Shown here: piece by piece, positions 11,517 to 20,311 of the stretch
Layout: each line of letters begins with the position of its first letter
How positions within the stretch are numbered: position 1 is the stretch's first letter
NCBI RefSeq assembly: GCF_006345805.1
Contig: NW_021836764.1
Span: 1-22,786, forward strand
Direction of reading: 5' to 3'
DNA length: 22,786 nt
Source of the DNA: Octopus sinensis
Taxonomy: Eukaryota
Made by a program: the position numbers and the translations under genes
Notes under the pieces: generated by a model
Told to the model about the DNA's origin: nothing
Databases searched by the model: none
The model's input: the letters and a program-made list of their open reading frames with translations, nothing else

Positions 11517-11984
11517 CGGAAGCGCGTAGATTGGTGGTTAAGGGTGTTCTGTTCACAATCATACAGTCGTGAGTTCGATAATCGGCGACGCGTTGTGTCC
11601 TTAAGAATGATCCTTTTTTTTTTTATCATTGCTTCGGTTCGTTGAGCCTTGTTGCATTCAGTGTTATAATATAATAATAATAATAATGAAATTATTGTAT
11701 ACAGTGCTCAGGTGCACCACAACTTGTCAAAAGTGCATATAAAGAATATGCAGTAATGTACAAATGTCTGGAAAGTGAACAGTGTATGAGTCAGATACAT
11801 GCTTGCGTGTGTATGGAGGGGAGAAAATCAGGTGTAATTGTTGGCGAATCTCCTCCTTGAGAACTTCCTTAAGAGCACGTGTGTCTGTGGAATACTCAGC
11901 CACTTGCACATTAATTTCACGAGCTGACTGTTCCGTTGATTGGTTCAACTAGAACCCTCGTCGTCGCAACCGACGGAGCCCCAG
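11517..11984 (+). mobile_element. Degenerate tRNA-derived SINE (head B) carrying the family-A 3' tail
   Basis: Decayed A/B boxes (GTGGTTAAG; GAGTTCGAT) and TTGTGTCCTT; 11855-11982 is clearly homologous to the tails of the 17569 and 20312 SINEs. Confidence 0.65.
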
Positions 11985-12309
11985 TATACTATCAATTTAC
12001 TGCTCTGTACCCTGGTGGCTTCACGGTACACCTGGGTCCCATTTGATGCCGTTTCAAATACTAACCAAGTCACGTTAGTATGAACAACATACTACTGAAA
12101 TTACGATCCAATAGCAACGTCTTCGCCCAAGGGATACAACTAAAGAGGGCGCTGCAACATCCACTTTCCTCCGCATCACCCCTTCCTATACTGTCTCTGT
12201 CTGTCTGTGTGTCGACACCTCTAACCAATGAGTTTTATTAGTAGACAAGACAGTAAATAATCACCATTGAACAAACCATTTAGCCTGTGGGTGGGGGAAG
12301 GCGGGGGTT

Positions 12310-12740
12310 AAAGATGATTGTATTGGTTGTAGTGTTAGTGGTGGTGATGGGGATCGTGGTGATGTTGGTGTTATTGATAGCGGTGTTGGTAGTAGTGAGG
12401 TAATGCTGGTGTTGGTACCAGTATGGCTGTTGTGGATGCTGGTGGTAGTAGCATCATTAGTGGAGGAGGTAGTTATGGCGTTAGTGGTGATGGTGGTTGT
12501 AGTGGTGGTGTTGGTGGTGTAAGCAGAAGTGGCGATGGTAGTGGTGATGAAGGTGGTGAAAGTGGTGATAGTGGTTGTGGTAGTAGTGTTGGCGGTAGTA
12601 GTACTACTATCAACATTGCTAGTTTTGGTGGTGATAACGGTGGTGAAGGTGTTGGCGGTGGAGACGAATTGTTGGTAAAGGTGGTGGTGGAGATAGTGGT
12701 ATTCACAACGGTGATATGGTGTTGGCGATGGTGGTGATGA
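12310..12740. repeat. Degenerate (GGT/GAT/AGT)n trinucleotide array
   Basis: Directly visible. Confidence 0.85.
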
Positions 12741-12773
12741 TTATAGTCGAACGTGGCAGAAAATATTCCTCAC

Positions 12774-12855
12774 CCCCTTTGCTGAAAGCCCTTGCCCTTG
12801 GAGTTCAGGGAGATCTTGGATGACGGGATTCTTCGATGGTTCCTAAAAGGTCTTC
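12774..12855 (-). CDS. Candidate internal exon, 82 nt (phase 1 to 2): RPFRNHRRIPSSKISLNSKGKGFQQRG
   Basis: Acceptor ATCCTCCTCATACAG|G and donor GG|GTGAGG; only one frame is open; unique island between repeat arrays. Confidence 0.42.
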
Positions 12856-12887
12856 CTGTATGAGGAGGATTGCATAATCGTTATCAC

Positions 12888-13288
12888 CACTGCCGCCGCC
12901 ACCGCCTCCGCTGCCACCGCCTCCGCTGCCACCGCCTCCGCTGCCACCGCCTCCGCTGCCACCGCCTCCGCTGCCACCGCCTCCGCTGCCACCGCCTCCG
13001 CTGCCAACGCCTCCGCTTCCACTGCCCCCACCGCTACCGCCTCCACCACCATTGCTTCCGCCTCCGCCGCTGCCTCCGCCTCCGCCGCTGCCTCCGCCTC
13101 CGCCGCTGCCTCCGCCGCTGCCTCCGCCTCCGCCGCTGCCTCCGCCTCCGCCGCTGCCTCCGCCGCTGCCTCTGCTGTCGCTTCCACCCCACCCCCGCAT
13201 CACCTCCATTCCATCTCCGCTGACACCTCGCCTCCACCTCCGTTGCCGCTGCCACCGCCTCCACCGCCGCCGCTGTCGCCGTCGCCTC

Positions 13289-13322
<34 letters not shown>

Positions 13323-13490
13323 TCCGCCTCTGCCACCCCCGCCGCCTCCGCCGCCTCCGCCGCCTCCGCCGCCTCCGCCGCCTCCGCCGCTTCCACCGTC
13401 ACCGCCTCCGCCTCCGTTCTCGCCGCCTCTGCCTCCGCTGCCGCCGCCTCTGCCGCCACCGCTTCCATCCCCACTTCCACCATCACCACC
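12888..13490. repeat. GC-rich (GCC)n-derived array, including 7 perfect copies of the 15-mer ACCGCCTCCGCTGCC (12901-13005) and 18-mer variants
   Basis: Directly visible; minus-strand frames read (GGGGS)n and (EAAA)n. Confidence 0.92.
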
Positions 13491-13644
13491 ACTTTGATTC
13501 TAGAAATATTTCAATGGAAATATTCCTAGGAGTAAGTCCGTTTCCGCTTCTGTTTATTGCGATTAAAGCAGTCTCTTCTTGTTCAAAAGTCCAATGGTTA
13601 TGTCCGAGGGTCATAACAGATGCTAATGTATCTAATATTCTTAC

Positions 13645-13671
13645 TTTGGGGGCGATCTTTGATTGAAATAT
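13645..13671 (-). CDS. Candidate 27-nt microexon (phase 1 to 1): (D)ISIKDRPQ(R)
   Basis: Acceptor TTGTTTCTTATCGTTACAG|A and donor AAA|GTAAGA; length is a multiple of 3. Confidence 0.42.
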
Positions 13672-13734
13672 CTGTAACGATAAGAAACAATTCTTTCCTA
13701 TTTAGCAAAATAAATTCAAGTAGTCATACCTGCG

Positions 13735-13851
13735 TATGTACCTACGTGTGTATTTATGTATGTGTGTCTATGTATGATACACACACACTCACACACATAC
13801 ATATATGTCTATATATATGTGTGTGTGTGTGTATGTATATATATGTGTGTG

Positions 13852-13908
<57 letters not shown>

Positions 13909-14135
13909 GACTTATAACGGAATTTTTTAGAAATTTCTGTCGGCTTACTTCGTGACTCGTGTTTATAGTGATAAATTATATGGTTACTGACAATTTGTCT
14001 ATTTTCGGCATATTTGGCATTAGAATTTTTTTCTTTTGCCCTTGTTTATAAGTTGTTTATAAATTTAACCTTTAAAGGTATTTTTTAATATGCTGGCCAT
14101 TCATAACATTTTTTTCGAAAAATTTTATCGTATAC

Positions 14136-14181
<46 letters not shown>

Positions 14182-14185
14182 TACA

Positions 14186-14220
<35 letters not shown>

Positions 14221-14245
14221 CACACACATATATATATATATATAT
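13735..14245. repeat. (TG)n/(TA)n/(CA)n microsatellites around an AT-rich spacer
   Basis: Directly visible at about 13735-13906 and 14128-14245. Confidence 0.85.
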
Positions 14246-14580
14246 AAAATACAAAATGGAACAAGAACGAAAAACATCCGGACAGCTAGGTGATGCAAAA
14301 AAGGACAACAAAACATCCTGACAGATGATACAAAGAAAACAAGGACGGGTCATTCGAAGCCCTCTATCCTCAGTCAAGCACCAGATTATCCTCGCAATTT
14401 CGGCTGATTATTCTTGAGATTGCTCCAAGAAGAAGAATTAAGGAGAGGCGAGAAAAAACGACAGAGACACAGTGCAGTAAAAAGTGTATTTATATTTGTG
14501 TAACTTTGTCCGTTTTTTCCGTCCTTGTATTTGTATACATTCGCTGCTTTCTTCCAACGAATCTAATGCTCTTAGCTTAG
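14246..14580. mobile_element. Probable unclassified dispersed repeat (possibly Penelope-like) abutting the satellite
   Basis: Non-coding block bounded by microsatellite and satellite; minus strand contains CTGAGGA...TCGAA. Classification is inference. Confidence 0.3.
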
Positions 14581-15988
14581 TTTATAGAGGGGTCAAAAAT
14601 TTTCGGTATGCAAATTAGGGACTCCTGCATAGAATAACTGCTGCATTTGTTGAGTATTTAAAAAGTTCATAGAGGGGTTAAAAATTTTCGGTATGCAAAT
14701 TAGGGACTCTTGCATCGATTAACTGCTGCATTTGTTGAGTATTTAAACAATTTATAGAGTGTTTAACATTTTCGGTATGCGAATTAGGGACTCCTTCATA
14801 GAATACCTGCTGCATTTGTTGAGTATTTAAACTGTTTATAGATTGTTAAACATTTTTGGTATGCAAATTAGGGACTCCTTCATAGAATAACTGCTGCCTT
14901 TGTTGAGTATATATAGAGTTTATAGAAGGGTTAAAAATTTTCGGTATGCAAATTAGGGACTCCTTCATGGAATAAATTCTGCATTTATTGAGTATTTAAA
15001 CAGTTTATAGAGGGGTTAAAAATTTTCGGTATGCAAATTAGGGACTCCTTCATAGAATAACTGCTGCATTTTTTGAGTATATATAGAGTTTATAGAGCGG
15101 TTAAACATTTTCGGTATGCAAATTAGGGACTCCTTCATAGAATAACTGCTGCATTTGTTGAGTAATTAAACAGTTTATAGGGGTGTTAAAAATTTTCGGT
15201 ATGCAAATTAGGGATTCCTTCATAGAATAACTGCTGCATTTGTTGAGTATTTAAACAGTTTATAGACCGCTAAACATTTTCAGTATGCAAATTAGGGACT
15301 CCTTCATAGAATAACTGCTGCATTTTTTGAGTATATATAGAGTTTATAGAGGTGTTAAAAATTTTCGGTATGCAAATTAGGGATTCCTTCATAGAATAAC
15401 TGCTGCATTTGTTGAGTATTTAAACAGTTTATAGACCGCTAAACATTTTCGGTATACAAATTAGGGACTCCTTCATAGAATAACTGCTGCATTTGTTGAG
15501 TATATATACAGTTTATAGAGTGTTAAAAATTTTCGGTATGTAAATTAGGGACTCCTGCATAGAATAACTGCTGCATTTGTTGAGTATTTAAAAAATTTAT
15601 AAAGTGTTTAACATTTTCGGTATGCAAATTAGGGACTCCCTCATAGAATAACTGCTGCATTTGTTGAGTATTTAAACAGTTTATAGAGGGTTAAATCTTT
15701 CGGTATGCAAATTAGGGACTCCTTCATAGAATAACTGCTGTATTTGTTGAGTATTTATACAGTTTATAGAGGGGTTAAACATTTTCGGTATGCAAATTAG
15801 GGTCTCCTTCATAGAATAACTGCTGCATTTGTTGAGTATTTAAACAGTTTATAGTGGGTTAAATTTTTTCGGTATGCAACTAGGGACTCCTTCATAGAAT
15901 AACTGCTGCATTTGTTGAGTATTTAAACAGTTTATAAAGCGGTTACAAATTTTTCGGTATGCAAATTAAGGACTCCTTCATAGAATAA
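14579..15988. repeat. Tandem satellite, about 17 copies of an 83-85-bp unit
   Basis: The anchor CAAATTAGGG or a variant recurs at 14611, 14696, 14780, 14864, 14949, 15034, 15119, 15204, 15288, 15373, 15457, 15541, 15625, 15708, 15793, 15877 and 15962. Confidence 0.97.
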
Positions 15989-15989
15989 A

Positions 15990-16290
15990 TGTTGAAGTGA
16001 TCTAACTGTTTTTGTATGGTTCTTAAGTGGCTTATAAACACCTTCCACGCTGCAATTGTATATATATATAATATATATATATATTATATATAATATATAT
16101 ATATATATATATAATATATATATATATATATAGGGAGAATTCACACAAAACAAATGACGAATACTGGTGGTGTAGACAACAAACAGATGTAACAGTATAC
16201 GCTCGGGAAGTGAAAAAGTCTTTAACGTTTCGAGCCTACGTTCTTCCACAGAAAGGAACACAGAGAGAAATAAGGAGAGAAAATAAAGAA
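15990..16290 (-). mobile_element. Probable dispersed repeat with internal (TA)n and a Penelope-type hammerhead-like motif
   Basis: Degenerate CTGTGGA-stem-GAAACGTT motif at 16220-16255; family assignment is inference. Confidence 0.35.
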
Positions 16291-16506
16291 TGTGTAGTGA
16301 CTATATATATACACACACATATACATATAAAGTTGTTATATATATATATACACACACACACACATACACATATAGAGTTGTAGTACAACAGTGCACCAAT
16401 GTTTACTGGAAATAGCGGTCTATAAATTTATGATGCTATAGTAAAGCTTCACTGTATACTGGCAAAGACGTGTGAGAGCAGCAAACATAAAAAAATTTCG
16501 TCTTAC

Positions 16507-16543
16507 CCCTAGGAAGAACATTAGGTAAATAGACAACCCAGAA
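16507..16543 (-). CDS. Candidate 37-nt exon (phase 0 to 1): FWVVYLPNVLPR(D)
   Basis: Acceptor TATTATATTATCCAG|T and donor AGGG|GTAAGA; open and phase-compatible with the 13645-13671 exon. Confidence 0.33.
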
Positions 16544-16805
16544 CTGGATAATATAATACCTACGTTTCGGACTCTTCAAATACGTTTGTTATATATAAAT
16601 CAAAATATATACGTATGTACATGCAAATGCATACATACATACATATATATATGTTACTTATGTAAGTATATATGTATATTAAAACAAAGACTGAACATTT
16701 TGATATATTTTTAATTCCATGTTACACTTGTTTCATTACGGTATACGAAATACATCACGAGTATAGTTATAACTATTATTAACCATAGTAATAATATTCT
16801 TTTCT

Positions 16806-16970
16806 ACTTTAGGCACAAGGCCCGAAATGTTTGGGTAGGGGGCCAGTCGATTAGATCGACACCAGTACGCAACTTATCGACTCCGAAAGGACGAAAGGCA
16901 AAGTTGACCTCGCCGGAATTTGAATTCAGAACGTAAAGATAGACGAAAAGCCGCTAAGCATTACGCCGCC
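16806..16970 (-). mobile_element. CORE-like SINE (family D), 5'-truncated
   Basis: B box GAATTCAAATT, GTCAACTTTGCCTTTCGTCCTTTCGGAGTCGATAA and GGGCCTTGTGCCT; homologous to 7099-7277. Confidence 0.8.
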
Positions 16971-16999
16971 TTTTCATAGTAATAATATTATAAATATGA

Positions 17000-17395
17000 C
17001 TAGCACTATGACCCAGCGTTGCCGGGTCATAGTGCTAGTCATAGTGCTAGTGCATGCATATACAGCTGCATGCATGTGCACATACACACGAGTACTGTCC
17101 AAATCTCCGACCAATCACATACAGCTAGCTGCATTCAATTGGCGTATCAAGTTTCGGGTATTTTGAATTGGGTTTTGGATAGAAAATTCACAAAAAAGTC
17201 ACTTCTATTGATTTTTTAATGGCTTTGTGGGGTGACTGGCGAAATGTAAAGATGTGCACGATCACCCTTGGACGGTTTTGAATGACCATAGAAAGTGCGA
17301 ACCCTCTAACTGAAAAGTTGTGGATTTGTATAAAGAACACACACACACACACATACACAGACAGACAGACATTTTGCCGTTTATATATAGAGAGA
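17000..17395 (-). mobile_element. Non-autonomous Helitron (396 bp), second family
   Basis: 5' TCTCTCTATATATAAA, (GT)n, 3' hairpin and CTAG end, A|T flanks; termini resemble 3649-4045. Confidence 0.72.
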
Positions 17396-17397
17396 TA

Positions 17398-17556
17398 AAT
17401 TCATAATAGGTATATACAAGTAGAAAACATGTATATAAACTCTTAAACTGTGTCTGTACAGACAAAAATGCATAAATATTATTTCTGATTGTTTGAGGAG
17501 TCAGAGTTTAGGAGATCCTCTACATGTTTTCTACATGCATATAACTATTATGAATT
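17398..17556. repeat. 36-bp inverted repeat pair (fold-back/MITE-like)
   Basis: 17398-17433 vs the reverse complement of 17521-17556: 33/36 identical. Confidence 0.8.
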
Positions 17557-17568
17557 GATTACCCTATT

Positions 17569-17939
17569 GGGAAGCACTCCGTCGGTTACGACGACGAGGG
17601 TTCCGGTTGATCCGAATCAACGGAACAGCCTGCTCGTGAAATTAACGTGTGAGTGGCTGAGCACTCCACAGACACGTGTACCCTAACGTAGTTCTCGGGG
17701 ATATCAGCGTGACAAGGCCGGCCCTTTGAAATACAGGTACAACAGAAACAGGAAGTAAGAGTGAGAGAAAGTTGTGGTGAAAGAGTACAGCAGAGATCAC
17801 CACCATCCCTTGCCGGAGCCTCGTGGAGCTTTAGGTGTTTTCGCTCAATAAACACTCACAACGCCCGGTCTGGGAATCGAAACCGCGATCCTATGACCGC
17901 GAGTCCGCTGCCCTAACCACTGAGCCATTGCGCCTCCAC
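17569..17939 (-). mobile_element. Full-length tRNA-derived SINE (family A: head A plus tail 1) with 12-bp TSD
   Basis: A box TGGCTCAGTGGTTAG, B box GGTTTCGATTCC; TSD GATTACCCTATT at 17557-17568 and 17940-17951. Confidence 0.93.
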
Positions 17940-18126
17940 GATTACCCTATTATGAATTGATATAACTATTATGAATTGAGTGAGGAGGAGAAAAGGTGAG
18001 CAAAAGGAAGAAGGGAAGAAATAGAGGGAAAGGAAGAAGGTGAAGATGAAGAAGAAAAAGAAAGGGAGTAGGAGAAGGAAAAAAAGAAAAAGAAGACGAA
18101 GAAGAAGAGCAACAGCTACACATCAT

Positions 18127-18157
<31 letters not shown>

Positions 18158-18159
18158 AA

Positions 18160-18559
18160 GTGGAGGCGCAATGGCCCAGTGGTTAGGGCAGCGGACTCGC
18201 GGTCGGAGGATCGCGGTTTCGATTCCCAGACCGGGCGTTGTGTGTGTTTATTGAGCGAAAACACCTAAAGCTCAACGAGGCTCCGGCAGGGGGTGGTGGC
18301 GACCCCTGTTGTACTCTTTCGCCCCGACTTTCTCTCACTCTTTCTTCCTGCTTCTTGTCCCCGACTTCCTACGCAACCGCTGAACCTGGATGCGCATTCA
18401 TCCATCCGTCGATGCTCTCGGTTTCGGGAGTTGACCTGCTTTCTCTTCTGCGGGTCTTACGAATAGCAAAGGACCACATTTCGGACTTCTCCCACTACAG
18501 AGGCGCGACCTTGCGAGCTCTGGGACGAAGACCGCTTCGTCAACAAACAAACAAACAAA
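18160..18559 (+). mobile_element. Full-length SINE (head A plus a different tail 2 ending in (CAAA)n) with 12-bp TSD
   Basis: The first ~195 bp match family A and the rest is unrelated; TSD CAGCAGCAGCAA at 18148-18159 and 18561-18572. Confidence 0.9.
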
Positions 18560-18956
18560 TCAGCAGCAGCAATAACAACAACAATAACAACAACAACTAC
18601 AGTACACCAACAAAAACAGCAAAAACAGTAGAAACAACAATATATACAGCGACTGTGATAGTCGCATCAAACGACATCGTCGTGATGTAGAAGAGGGGAG
18701 AGAGAGAGGAGAGAGAGAGAAAGTGAGAAAGGGAGGAGAGAGGAATAGATAGACAGTTGTACGAGAGCGCGTGCGTGTGTGTGTGGGGTGGTGGTGGTGA
18801 GGAAGAAAGAGATAGTGAGAGAGAGAAAGAAAGAGATAGTGAGAGAGAGAAAGAGAGAGAGGGAAATAAATGGATTGCGTGTATGTGTGCGTGTGTGTAA
18901 GGCAGAGAGATATACTGAGAGAGAGAGAGGAGAGAGAGAGAGAGAAAGAGAGCGAA

Positions 18957-18988
<32 letters not shown>

Positions 18989-19200
18989 AAATAGATAGAC
19001 AATGTGTGTGTGTGTAGGTGTGTGTGTTTTGGGAAGAATCTGTTAGAATTGGAAAGTTAAACACTTTGGTGGAAGTCTTGATGAATTCTGATAGAATGTA
19101 CTGGTGGCGGTGGTGGTGGTGACGATAATGGTGATGATGATGGTGGTGGTAATGATGGTGGTGATGGTGGCGGTATACAGTGCGGTGACAGGAGTGGTGG
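18560..19200. repeat. (AAC)n/(GA)n/(GT)n/(GGT)n low-complexity block
   Basis: Directly visible. Confidence 0.85.
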
Positions 19201-19224
19201 TGTGGTGTAGTGCTGGCGACATGG

Positions 19225-19345
19225 GGACCAGGATGGTACAGTGTTTAAGGCGGGACGCCAATCCGTCGTAGGGTGACCCCTCTACGGCTGAGTGGACTGG
19301 AGCAATGAGAAAGGAAGCGTTTTGCTCAAGAACACAATGCATAGG
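19225..19345 (-). mobile_element. SINE central-domain fragment
   Basis: TTGTGTTCTTGAGCAAAAC...TGCTCCAGTCCACTCAGC matches 7519-7580, followed by CCCTACGACGGATTGGCGTCCC (V/Deu/Meta-domain-like, from recall). Confidence 0.6.
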
Positions 19346-19454
19346 CAGGGTGTTTTAGTAGCTTAATTGGGATCCGGGAAAATCCTTGCACTGAGCCCTA
19401 TTTTATGTTGACAGCAAGCCACAGCATACATAAATCAGAATTGAACCCTTAGAC

Positions 19455-19791
19455 CAGTGGTTCTCAACCGTTTTTCATCTATCGACCCCGTTTGATTACT
19501 ATTTTATTCTCGTGGACCCCACCACTAAAACCATTCGATGTTTACTCTTTTACTCTTTTACTTGTTTCTGTCATTTGACTGCGGCCATGCTGGAGCACCG
19601 CCTTTAATCGAGCAACTCGACCCCGGGACTTATTCTTTTGTAAGCCTAGTACTTATTCTATCGGGCTCTTTTGCCGAACCGCTAAGTTACGCGGACGTAA
19701 ACACACCAGCATCGGTTGTCAAGCAATGCTAGACAGACAAACACAGACACACAAACATACACACATACAGATATATATATATATATATATA

Positions 19792-19837
<46 letters not shown>

Positions 19838-20147
19838 TACGACAGGCTTCTTTCAGTTTCCGTCTACCAAATCCACTCACAAGGCTTTGGTTGGCCCGGG
19901 GCTATAGCAGAAGACACTTGCCCAAGGTGCCACGCAGTGGGACTGAACCCGGAACCATGTGGTTGGTTAGCAAGCTACTTACCACACCGCCACTCCTGCG
20001 GTCTATGTAATAAATGCTTCTAAACCAGAAATTTTCCATGGACACAATATATTTCTGTGGATCCCCAACTTACTATTCTGCTTGCGTGGACCGCTAAAAT
20101 CTTGTATGGACGCCCTGGGTCATATGGACCCCAGTTGAGAACCACTG
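19455..20147. mobile_element. hAT (Charlie/MER5-like) MITE of about 233 bp, interrupted by a SINE
   Basis: Perfect 14-bp TIR CAGTGGTTCTCAAC / GTTGAGAACCACTG; 8-bp TSD CCTTAGAC (19447-19454) and CCCTAGAC (20148-20155). Confidence 0.88.
19541..20000 (-). mobile_element. tRNA-derived SINE (family C; OK-like by recall) with internal (TA)n, nested in the MITE
   Basis: Head GCAGGAGTGGCGGTGTGGTAAG, GGGTTCAGTCCC, GGCAAGTGTCTTC; tail (GTAAAAGA)n; homologous to 22055-22530. Confidence 0.9.
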
Positions 20148-20311
20148 CCCTAGACCATTGAGACCCCTAAGTAAATTAATGCACTGGGCCCTATAATATT
20201 TATTTATTGACAGCAAGCCACAAATACGTTGATCAGAACTGGACCCCTAGACCAGTCAGGCCTCTGGGTAATTGTCTAGTATACTCATGCCTTAAGATGG
20301 CCTTACGCATA

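Noticed and set aside
12789-12857. Plus-strand 69-nt exon PLPLEFREILDDGILRWFLKGLP (AAG| ... |GTATGA)
   Set aside because: It overlaps the minus-strand candidate, has a weaker acceptor and has no convincing phase-compatible partners. Not fully excluded; stranded RNA-seq would decide.
12901-13020. Synthetic (G4S)n linker or vector contamination
   Set aside because: It grades continuously into degenerate natural GCC repeats, with no vector, tag or restriction-site context.
13500-13537. Plus-strand mini-exon with a GTAAGT donor, and a 13-bp hairpin
   Set aside because: 28 nt with a weak context and no chain; short AT-rich stems are expected by chance.
14611-15970. Telomeric or interstitial telomere array
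   Set aside because: Only one TTAGGG per 85-bp unit and never tandem.
14579-15988. CRISPR array
   Set aside because: Units are contiguous ~85-bp near-identical repeats with only a ~5-10-bp variable patch. There are no unique spacers or cas genes, and the context is eukaryotic.
16507-16508. 2-nt exon or recursive splice site (CCTAG|GG|GTAAGA, minus strand)
   Set aside because: Better explained as the end of the 37-nt candidate exon; it is not a true AG|GT junction.
16558-16580. Third hammerhead-like motif (TTGAAGAGTCCGAAACGTA, minus strand)
   Set aside because: C3 is missing, and there is no real stem II or convincing stem I.
17422-17457. Further upstream exon TQFKSLYTCFLL extending a hydrophobic helix
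   Set aside because: Weak donor (GTATAT) and overlap with an inverted-repeat arm; AT-rich DNA yields hydrophobic peptides by default.
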